A stretch of 13,068 bases of DNA. It comes from a virus. Its lineage: Duplodnaviria > Heunggongvirae > Uroviricota > Caudoviricetes. Of the stretch, positions 1-6,260 are shown piece by piece. The notes beneath the pieces are model-generated. The model ran no database searches. It saw nothing but the letters and a program-made list of their open reading frames with translations, and was not told the origin of the DNA. A program made the position numbers and the translations under genes. The stretch covers positions 1 through 13,068 of IMG/VR virus record IMGVR_UViG_3300033156_001279. The stretch is one strand, 5' to 3'. The stretch's first letter is position 1, and each line of letters starts with the position of its first letter.

Positions 1-1
1 T

Positions 2-160
2 TGTAATACTGAATATGTTATTGCTTTTGGATATAAAAAATTCGGAGAGCTAATTTTTTGTGATAATTGTAGAAAATATGGTGTGATAGATAGATGGTGG
101 GATTATAAAAATAACACATTTAAAAAGGAAAATAGTGAGATTTTTTCGCTCAAAACTTAA
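2..160 (+). CDS. 5'-truncated hypothetical protein with CxxC (possible zinc ribbon)
   Basis: Frame open from the window edge: CNTEYVIAFGYKKFGELIFCDNCRKYGVIDRWWDYKNNTFKKENSEIFSLKT*, with TAA at 158-160. Not in the supplied ORF track. Confidence 0.5.
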   Translation, partial: CNTEYVIAFGYKKFGELIFCDNCRKYGVIDRWWDYKNNTFKKENSEIFSLKT

Positions 161-182
161 CCAAAAAGCCCAAATAAACCCT

Positions 183-386
183 ATGAAGAAAGAAAAGAAA
201 ATTAAAGAAGAATATAAAATAACTTTTGATTTAAAAAAAGATAAAGTTATATCAACAATCCCTAAACAAATTGCTAAATGGCAATTAGAAAGATTGGAAG
301 AAATACTTTTTGATTTACAGATTATTTTTTTGGAAAAACTAAGCGGAAATGGCAAGCAAAAAAATATCAAATCTCAAAAAAAATAA
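183..386 (+). CDS. Hypothetical protein (67 aa)
   Basis: Track ORF 135..386. ATG at 183 is preferred over GTG at 135 because the upstream ORF runs to 160. Confidence 0.55.
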   Translation: MKKEKKIKEEYKITFDLKKDKVISTIPKQIAKWQLERLEEILFDLQIIFLEKLSGNGKQKNIKSQKK

Positions 387-528
387 TGCTTGGAAATTAC
401 TGAAACCATTGGGATTCAAAAAAAGAAAGGGAGTTAGATGGGATTATGTTAAGTATTTGAGTGATAATTTGAGAATACATATTAAATGGCAAAAAGGAGG
501 TTTTTATTGGCATATAGATAATCATTGA
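349..528 (+). CDS. Hypothetical basic/aromatic protein (59 aa)
   Basis: Hand translation: MASKKISNLKKNNAWKLLKPLGFKKRKGVRWDYVKYLSDNLRIHIKWQKGGFYWHIDNH*. It fills the gap between neighbours and is just below the track length cut-off. Confidence 0.5.
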   Translation: MASKKISNLKKNNAWKLLKPLGFKKRKGVRWDYVKYLSDNLRIHIKWQKGGFYWHIDNH

Positions 529-589
529 AAGTATTAAAGGGATATTATGACCAAATTCAACCCCAAAAAAAGTTAAACTAAATAAAACT

Positions 590-952
590 ATGAAGAAAGA
601 AGTAAAAATTTCACCTGAACTTGAATCCTTAGCAAAAGAGGCAAGGAAGTATAAGAGTGCGGAGGAGTTTGTGAGGGGTATTAGTAGCGCAACAAAAGGT
701 GATATTTATTTGGCGAGAAAAACTACAAAAGCAGAACAATTAGAAGGTGCTTATCATAAAGCATTAGATTTAGGAAAAGAAACTCAAGCTGGAAAATATT
801 TAAAACAATTAGAAAGTGAGACAGATAAAATAGTTAAAAATTTCTATACCCAAGCTACTAAAGAAGTAAAGCCAATAGTCAAACTGAAAGTTAAGCCAGA
901 AGTAAAGCCAATCCCTAAAGAACTTGAACCATTAGCAAAAGAAAAGAAATAG
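590..952 (+). CDS. Hypothetical protein: single repeat-bounded module (ELxxLAKEARKYKSAEEFV...FYTQA type)
   Basis: Its N- and C-termini resemble each other (KEVKISPELESLAKE / PEVKPIPKELEPLAKE). The motif resembles linkers I recall from large modular phage proteins (recollection, not searched). Confidence 0.7.
   Translation: MKKEVKISPELESLAKEARKYKSAEEFVRGISSATKGDIYLARKTTKAEQLEGAYHKALDLGKETQAGKYLKQLESETDKIVKNFYTQATKEVKPIVKLKVKPEVKPIPKELEPLAKEKK
617..942 (+). repeat. Imperfect 23-bp direct repeats (617-639, 920-942) plus exact 15-bp repeat (862-876, 898-912)
   Basis: gaacttgaa[tcc/cca]ttagcaaaaga occurs twice and agaagtaaagccaat occurs twice. Confidence 0.85.
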
Positions 953-960
953 TTAATCAA

Positions 961-1257
961 ATGGAGACGCCAAATGGAACTTCTTATAATGAAGAATTGA
1001 TTGAGTCAAACCCTGCTATTCAAGGTGGAGCATTTTGCTTGAAAGGAAGTAGAATCACAATTTATGGAATTTTAGAAGCAATGAAAGGTGGACAAACTTT
1101 AAAGGAAATATCTCAAACATTAAAGAAACACTTTAGATATTCTATATCGGAAAAAAAATTAAAAGAAGCATTAGAGCAATGGGAGATGAGAATAAATTGT
1201 ATGTTTAATACCCAAAAAAATAAAACATATGAGCAATACTTTAATGGAACAACTTAA
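961..1257 (+). CDS. DUF433-family protein (HTH-like, VapB45-antitoxin-related fold)
   Basis: IESNPAIQGGAFCLKGSRITIYGILEAMKGGQTLKEI matches the DUF433 pattern I..dP.i.gG.p.i.GtRi.v..il..l..G.s..ei. Confidence 0.8.
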   Translation: METPNGTSYNEELIESNPAIQGGAFCLKGSRITIYGILEAMKGGQTLKEISQTLKKHFRYSISEKKLKEALEQWEMRINCMFNTQKNKTYEQYFNGTT

Positions 1258-2005
1258 AAATTATCCAAAAAGAGTAATTCCTCTTTATAAACCAGAGCCT
1301 CCCTTTCAGGAAATAAAAAATGGTTATGGTTTTATGGGTGTAATTCTATTAGATACTCAGAAAAATAAAATTCAATGTCATATATGTGGTGGTTGGTTTG
1401 CTTTATTTGGTAGTCATCTTAAGAATGCTCATAGAATAAATAGTCGGCAATACAAAGAAAAATTTGGTTTAAATATGGGAACTCCCTTATGTGTTCCTTC
1501 TCTTTCCAAAAAATTAAGCAAGGTGATGAGGCGAAATCACAGAAAATATCCTATAGAAATGCGGAGTGGTAACCTAAAGAAGGCAATTAAAAATTCTCTT
1601 AAATCACCTGCCAGAAGAAGAGCCTCTATACAGAAACGCAATATGAGCGGACGATGTAATGTTCAAATAAAGGAGAGATTAAGAGAAATCGCCCTTTCTA
1701 ATGGAGGAAATATCAGTAGTAGAGAATTAAAGAAAAAAGATTATAGATTGTGGAAGGCAATAGAATATTGGTTTCCATCTTTTAATATCGCAAAAAAAAT
1801 GGCAGGAATTAGAAGAAATTCAATAAAAAAACGATTAGAAGATAAAACTCTATTAAGGATTTTAAGAGATTATCATCGGAAATTTCATCGTTTTCCTTCT
1901 CAATATATTCTTGAAACAAAGAAAGGATTACCAAACGCCTCTACTTACAGACGGCATTTTGGTAGTTATGAGAATGCTAAAGATTTAGCTGAGAAATTGT
2001 TGTGA
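1229..2005 (+). CDS. Ros/MucR-like zinc-finger protein with C-terminal homing-endonuclease-associated (HNH_repeat-like) repeats
   Basis: KIQCHICGGWFALFGSHLKNAHRINSRQYKEKFGLNMGTPL matches the MucR C2H2 pattern. WFPSFNIAKKMAG and STYRRHFGSYENAKDLA match the 'y..rFGsW..Al..aG' repeat. The start could be 1229 or 1244. Confidence 0.75.
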   Translation: MSNTLMEQLKNYPKRVIPLYKPEPPFQEIKNGYGFMGVILLDTQKNKIQCHICGGWFALFGSHLKNAHRINSRQYKEKFGLNMGTPLCVPSLSKKLSKVMRRNHRKYPIEMRSGNLKKAIKNSLKSPARRRASIQKRNMSGRCNVQIKERLREIALSNGGNISSRELKKKDYRLWKAIEYWFPSFNIAKKMAGIRRNSIKKRLEDKTLLRILRDYHRKFHRFPSQYILETKKGLPNASTYRRHFGSYENAKDLAEKLL

Positions 2006-2042
2006 TTACTTTCTATCTAATGAGATAACTATAAAGATATTA

Positions 2043-2106
2043 AGCAATTATTAAATCAATGAATCGTAGATAAGAAATAAGTTATCTACGGTTAGCAATT
2101 ATTAAA
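2043..2106. repeat. Hairpin flanked by 13-bp direct repeats
   Basis: agcaattattaaa at 2043-2055 and 2094-2106. Between them is the perfect inverted repeat cgtagataa (2065-2073) / ttatctacg (2082-2090). Confidence 0.75.
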
Positions 2107-2116
2107 ATAAGATACT

Positions 2117-2329
2117 ATGAAAAGTAAAAAAGATGAATGGTTAAATAAAGAATTTGATAATAAGTATTTAAGTAGAAGAACTGGGGTTTTATTATTGATT
2201 GTAGATGGAATGGAAACAAAATTAAATGGGCTAATCAAAACAATCATAGAAAAAGGTATTTTGGAAGAAAAGGATATTCGTGAAAATATTAAGAAGATTG
2301 CCATTAAAAAAGCAAAACAAAAACTATGA
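2117..2329 (+). CDS. Hypothetical protein (70 aa)
   Basis: ATG-started ORF co-oriented with its neighbours; no recognised motif. Confidence 0.6.
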   Translation: MKSKKDEWLNKEFDNKYLSRRTGVLLLIVDGMETKLNGLIKTIIEKGILEEKDIRENIKKIAIKKAKQKL

Positions 2330-2450
2330 TTTACTACCTCCTAAATGTTTTATTATGATTGTAAAATCTGCCATACAATGAAACAGATAGCACTTCTGGG
2401 ATTTGTTGGGAATGTTTTTACAAATGGTTCTTTAGCAACTATTAAAAGAT

Positions 2451-2633
2451 ATGAAAGAAGAAATAAAATTGAAGACAAAGCCTCTTGAATTAGAAATAAA
2501 GCCTCGTGAAAGTTTAATCTCTATAAAATACTCTAAAGAGGATTGGAAAGAACAATATACTTTGAGATGTAGAATTGGATTAAGAATATTTAGTTGGATA
2601 TTTCCAGCGGTATTAAGAATTTATATTAAATAA
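2451..2633 (+). CDS. Hypothetical protein (60 aa)
   Basis: ATG-started, co-oriented ORF with a hydrophobic/aromatic C-terminus; no recognised motif. Confidence 0.5.
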   Translation: MKEEIKLKTKPLELEIKPRESLISIKYSKEDWKEQYTLRCRIGLRIFSWIFPAVLRIYIK

Positions 2634-2682
2634 TTATGAATAAAGAAGAAAAAAGGTCGAATAAATCTAAAAAATCAAAAAA

Positions 2683-2880
2683 ATGTTGATATATTGTGTT
2701 AAGTGTCAAAAAAAGCAGGAAGCTAAAAATACAGAAAATGTTACTCTGAAAAGTGGCCGAAATGCCATTAGAGGAGAATGTTCAGTTTGCGGAACTAAAG
2801 TTTTTCAGATTATAAGGAAGGCTGAAGGAAAATCTTCTACCATAAATGAAATAGAGAAATTTGATGAGGCAAGTCGGTAA
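2683..2880 (+). CDS. DUF5679-like C4 zinc-ribbon protein
   Basis: YCVKCQKKQEAKNTENVTLKSGRNAIRGECSVCGTKVFQI matches the YCvKC...vtmKnGr.a..G.C.vCGtk.fri pattern. Confidence 0.75.
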   Translation: MLIYCVKCQKKQEAKNTENVTLKSGRNAIRGECSVCGTKVFQIIRKAEGKSSTINEIEKFDEASR

Positions 2881-2883
2881 CTA

Positions 2884-2913
2884 TTGACAAGGCTAAGTCA
2901 AAAATGCTAAAAT
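2884..2913 (+). promoter_or_regulatory. Sigma70-type promoter with extended -10 and overlapping TTGAC-N8-GTCAA palindrome
   Basis: TTGACA at 2884-2889, an 18-nt spacer ending in TGc, and TAAAAT at 2908-2913. GTCAA at 2897-2901 is the inverse of the TTGAC. Confidence 0.7.
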
Positions 2914-2919
2914 GGAAAT

Positions 2920-3135
2920 ATGAATAATAAAAAAAAGAGTTCAAAAATAATTAAGAAAATCTTAATTTTCCGGGCAAGAGGGTATTCTTTGCAATCAATA
3001 GGTGGAATTTTTGGACTTAGCCGGGAAAGAATTAGACAGATTATAAAGAAGAATGAAGATAAAAAAGAATTCCAAAATCTTTATGAGGAAATTAGAAGAA
3101 CTCAAAGATTCTTAAGAAGGAAAATTAAAACATGA
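2920..3135 (+). CDS. Small HTH DNA-binding protein (sigma70 region-4-like HTH)
   Basis: RARGYSLQSIGGIFGLSRERIRQII matches the 'tL.eIg..fgvSRERvRQI' HTH pattern. Confidence 0.75.
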   Translation: MNNKKKSSKIIKKILIFRARGYSLQSIGGIFGLSRERIRQIIKKNEDKKEFQNLYEEIRRTQRFLRRKIKT

Positions 3136-3404
3136 TTATTACAATACCCATCTTAATAACTTTAACTTCACTAGTTACGGAGGCTCTGAAAAAGGGACTG
3201 AAATTTGAAAAGAGATATATTCCATTGGTTTCTATTGCTATTGGTATCATACTCATTTTTTTATCCAAGTCCAGATTTAATTTTGGAATTGATGAATTGA
3301 TTATATATGGAATTATGATTGGACTTGCAAGTTGTGGATTATTCTCTGGGATAAAAAGTATAGGTTATATAGCAAAAAAGGTCGGCTCTAAATTAAAAAA
3401 ATAA
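3132..3404 (+). CDS. Putative phage holin
   Basis: 90 aa with 2-3 hydrophobic segments, the pattern LVTEALKK..KRYIPLVSIAIGI..GIMIGLASCGLFSGIK, and a basic C-tail, as in small phage holins. Confidence 0.65.
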   Translation: MIITIPILITLTSLVTEALKKGLKFEKRYIPLVSIAIGIILIFLSKSRFNFGIDELIIYGIMIGLASCGLFSGIKSIGYIAKKVGSKLKK

Positions 3405-3416
3405 ATTAAAATAAAA

Positions 3417-3905
3417 ATGAATACACATCTCTCTATTTCTCCGAAGTTTGCTCTTTTCTTAAAAGAGAAAAAGCTTCTTACTCCTCTGGTAAATTCTCTT
3501 AAGATATTTATGGAACAACAAAATTATCCATTTTATCTTAAAGATCAGAGAATAGTAAAACAATCTGTATTTAAGGCTATAGCCGAACTTTATTCTCAAA
3601 AAAGTGAAATTCCTGATGTGGATAAGTTAGCGGAGGAAACTGAAAAAATTACAAAGAGATTGATGGAAGACACTCTTAAAAAGAAAGATGATTCTGAGAC
3701 TGTGGAATTAGATTTTGAAGCTCCTGAACAAGAAGATAATCTGAAAAGTTATGAATTGGAATTAAAAACTTTGAACAAGACCTTTCAATTTCAAGCAAAA
3801 GCCAAGAATAAAGAAGAAGCTTATACAATTTTGCTAAAAAGGCATCCAGGATTAAAAAAATCCTCAAAAAGCGCTATCCTTAAGAAAATTAAAATAAAAA
3901 AATAG
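3417..3905 (+). CDS. Hypothetical protein (162 aa; two domains joined by an acidic linker)
   Basis: Long co-oriented ORF whose TAG directly abuts the next ATG. Confidence 0.7.
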   Translation: MNTHLSISPKFALFLKEKKLLTPLVNSLKIFMEQQNYPFYLKDQRIVKQSVFKAIAELYSQKSEIPDVDKLAEETEKITKRLMEDTLKKKDDSETVELDFEAPEQEDNLKSYELELKTLNKTFQFQAKAKNKEEAYTILLKRHPGLKKSSKSAILKKIKIKK

Positions 3906-4361
3906 ATGACTAAATCAAAAGAAATACTGGAAAAAGCTAAAGGAGCAGGACTGATAGAGGAAAAAGAATTTATAAAATTCAAAGGAACTGGCAAGCATAT
4001 CGTTAAGTTTATAGAAGATAAAGTGATTAATAGTACCAATTTCAGAACAGGGAAACCAGAAGAGAAAGTAAAATATATTTTCGAAGAAGATGGAAAAAAG
4101 AAATTCTATGAAACTGCTATCTTTAGAATAGACCCAGAAACTAACAAAAAGAAATTAAGTCACTTCGTCCAAAAGATGGCTGATTTCGAATATGGAGATT
4201 TGTTAGAAATGGAATATAAACCAATTCCAGGGACTCCCAGAGGTTTTATTGAGATAAATAAAGTTAAAGAATCAGAAGAAGAAACTCAGGAAATTGTAAA
4301 TGAGGACGAGATTCCTGTAATTGAAGATGAAGAAATAAATCCAGATGAGATTCCGTTTTAA
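3906..4361 (+). CDS. Putative phage single-stranded DNA-binding protein (non-canonical)
   Basis: Beta-rich core followed by a very acidic tail ending EDEEINPDEIPF, like the DDDIPF partner-binding tail of bacterial SSB. The core does not show canonical SSB motifs. Confidence 0.6.
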   Translation: MTKSKEILEKAKGAGLIEEKEFIKFKGTGKHIVKFIEDKVINSTNFRTGKPEEKVKYIFEEDGKKKFYETAIFRIDPETNKKKLSHFVQKMADFEYGDLLEMEYKPIPGTPRGFIEINKVKESEEETQEIVNEDEIPVIEDEEINPDEIPF

Positions 4362-4363
4362 AA

Positions 4364-4588
4364 ATGGGGAAAACTGCAAGCAAAACATTGGCTCAGAAGT
4401 TTGGTAAATTGCCTATTTTCTCATGGAAGGTTAGAAGTAAATCAAATCCCAAAACTTTCCATAGGGTGGATTTTTATCAAGACGGACATTGGGAATGTGA
4501 CTGCATCTCATTTTCTATGAACAGAAGAAAGAAAGATTTTAAATGCCGGCATATAAGAATTGTTGAGAACTATGTCCAATCAAAGTAA
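4364..4588 (+). CDS. Stand-alone SWIM zinc-finger protein
   Basis: KVRSKSNPKTFHRVDFYQDGHWECDCISF...KCRHI shows the CxC-xn-CxH SWIM signature with the preceding beta hairpin. Confidence 0.75.
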   Translation: MGKTASKTLAQKFGKLPIFSWKVRSKSNPKTFHRVDFYQDGHWECDCISFSMNRRKKDFKCRHIRIVENYVQSK

Positions 4589-4739
4589 TAAAGAACTTAG
4601 AATAAAATATACAAAGACCTTGAAAAAAATAAGGAAAGAGTTTAATATAAGGAAAGGAAAAGATTACGGAGAATATCTTCAACTGTATAAGAAAAGACAT
4701 GGTTTAAAAGTTAACAAATTACTAAATTATTACGAATAA
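4572..4739 (+). CDS. Hypothetical basic protein (55 aa)
   Basis: Hand translation: MSNQSNKELRIKYTKTLKKIRKEFNIRKGKDYGEYLQLYKKRHGLKVNKLLNYYE*. A paralogous reading frame at 5201-5293 supports that it is coding. Confidence 0.6.
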   Translation: MSNQSNKELRIKYTKTLKKIRKEFNIRKGKDYGEYLQLYKKRHGLKVNKLLNYYE

Positions 4740-5312
4740 ATTCCAAAGTTTTTTGGTGGAATTTCAATTGAACCCAGGTTCAAAAAAATGAAAATATATA
4801 GAAAAAGTGATAAGATTATATTCGAGGTGGATTTTTGGAGCAAGAGAAGCAACCCGTATATGCCCAATGAGAATGTGGGTGAACACAAAACACTTATAGG
4901 GATAATCCGTAATGATGATTTTGGCAACGAGGAATTGGGGTTTGCTAAGATAATTGATATGGATTATGCAGGGAAACCCGACCAGAATACCGATATCATG
5001 ATACACTATTGGGAAGAAGATAAAGAAAGTTTTATCGAACTATGCAAAAAACTGGAGATAGAAGTCCTCGTATATCCAATTTGTGCCCATTGCGGTAAAA
5101 CTATTTATGGATCGTTTGGAATAGATAGTAAGGGAAAGCCAATATGTTTTGATTGTGAAAAAGAAACTATGAAAAAAAAGATCTTGAAAAAAGGAAAAGG
5201 TTTAATATAAGAGAAGAAAAGGATTACAAAGAATATCTTCAATTAGACAAAAAAAGATATTATTCAAAAGCTAATAAATTAAATCATGAGTAATATACCA
5301 AAGTTTTCTGGT
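4614..5312 (+). repeat. Diverged ~140-bp direct repeats (4614-4757 and 5178-5312) flanking ORF 4788-5210
   Basis: The gapless core 4641-4721 vs 5201-5281 has 64/81 identical nt by hand count. Similarity extends to ccaaagtttt(t/c)tggt. Confidence 0.85.
4788..5210 (+). CDS. Hypothetical protein with C-terminal C4 zinc ribbon
   Basis: CAHCGKTIYGSFGIDSKGKPICFDC near the C-terminus of a 140-aa ORF. Confidence 0.7.
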   Translation: MKIYRKSDKIIFEVDFWSKRSNPYMPNENVGEHKTLIGIIRNDDFGNEELGFAKIIDMDYAGKPDQNTDIMIHYWEEDKESFIELCKKLEIEVLVYPICAHCGKTIYGSFGIDSKGKPICFDCEKETMKKKILKKGKGLI

Positions 5313-6260
5313 TTGTTGCCAGATACATATGACAATCGTGATGTTCTTTTATCTTCTATTCAAGAATCAGTTGACATTCCAGAAAGCTATAAACGAGATA
5401 TATCTGCCATACCAATTGATTCTCAGGGAAATCAGCCCGCCTGTTGTGCTTACGCTGGTTCCAAAGTCAAAGAAAGTCAGGAATTGATTGACCAGGGAAG
5501 ATTCATTGATATCTCTCCGAGAGCTCTATATGCTTTATGTAAGAAGATAGATGGTTTGAATGAAGACGGTACTTTTTTGAGAGCAGTCATGAAAGTACTT
5601 TATAAATATGGAGCGATACTGGAAAAAGATTTTCCATCAGACACTTCTTTAAGTAAAGATGAATTCAAGGATTGGACTAAAATTCCAAGAGAAGCTTATG
5701 ATATGGCTGAACAATTGAAAATTGGAGGATACGCTAAAGTAAGACCAGATTGGGAAGAGCTTAAACAAGCAATCTTTCAGAATGAAATTGTATTGGGGGG
5801 CATGATTGGAACCAGAAAAGGCTGGTCCCATCTGCCTCTATTGCCACCAAAAGAAAAAGATAAAATGTTCGGACATGCTATCGCTTATTTTGGATTTGAT
5901 AAACATTATATTTATTTCATAAATAGTTGGTCTGAAAGATGGGGAGATAAGGGAATCGGGTATTTTGGAAAGGATATGTTGCCTTATCTATTTAATTCTT
6001 GGACTGCGGTGGATATCAGAAAGAAGCTTGTGAATCCAAGTTTTAAAAATTCAGGCTGGGTTGCCATCAAATACTTGGAAAAAGTTGGATTTTCAGAAGG
6101 CTCAAAAGTAAAAACGACAGCCAGACTTAAATTAAGAGAGAACCCCAGTTTAAATAGCAGAACCAAAGAGATTCTGAAGAAGGGTCAAATTGTTACAATT
6201 AAAAGTGATAAAGTTGTAAAAGCCAATCAATATGATTGGCAAGAAGTCTATGCCTCTTAA
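5286..6260 (+). CDS. Papain-family (C1A-like) cysteine peptidase with C-terminal SH3b-like domain; candidate cell-envelope hydrolase/endolysin
   Basis: QGNQPACCAYA (oxyanion Gln and catalytic Cys), GHAIAYFGF (His) and INSWSERWGDKGIGY (Asn; NSWG..WG..GY). C-terminal VKTTARLKLRENPSLNS...LKKGQIVTI...DWQEV is an SH3b pattern. Confidence 0.88.
   Translation: MSNIPKFSGLLPDTYDNRDVLLSSIQESVDIPESYKRDISAIPIDSQGNQPACCAYAGSKVKESQELIDQGRFIDISPRALYALCKKIDGLNEDGTFLRAVMKVLYKYGAILEKDFPSDTSLSKDEFKDWTKIPREAYDMAEQLKIGGYAKVRPDWEELKQAIFQNEIVLGGMIGTRKGWSHLPLLPPKEKDKMFGHAIAYFGFDKHYIYFINSWSERWGDKGIGYFGKDMLPYLFNSWTAVDIRKKLVNPSFKNSGWVAIKYLEKVGFSEGSKVKTTARLKLRENPSLNSRTKEILKKGQIVTIKSDKVVKANQYDWQEVYAS

Noticed and set aside
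961-1257. DUF433-PIN toxin-antitoxin pair
   Set aside because: No PIN/DUF5615-like partner is adjacent; the downstream gene is a zinc-finger DNA-binding protein.
2011-2106. CRISPR (Cas12a-like TCTAC/GTAGA) or integron attC interpretation of the hairpins
   Set aside because: The arms are in the opposite order to a Cas12a repeat, there is no repeat-spacer periodicity or cas gene, and there is no RYYYAAC box or extrahelical-base pattern for attC.
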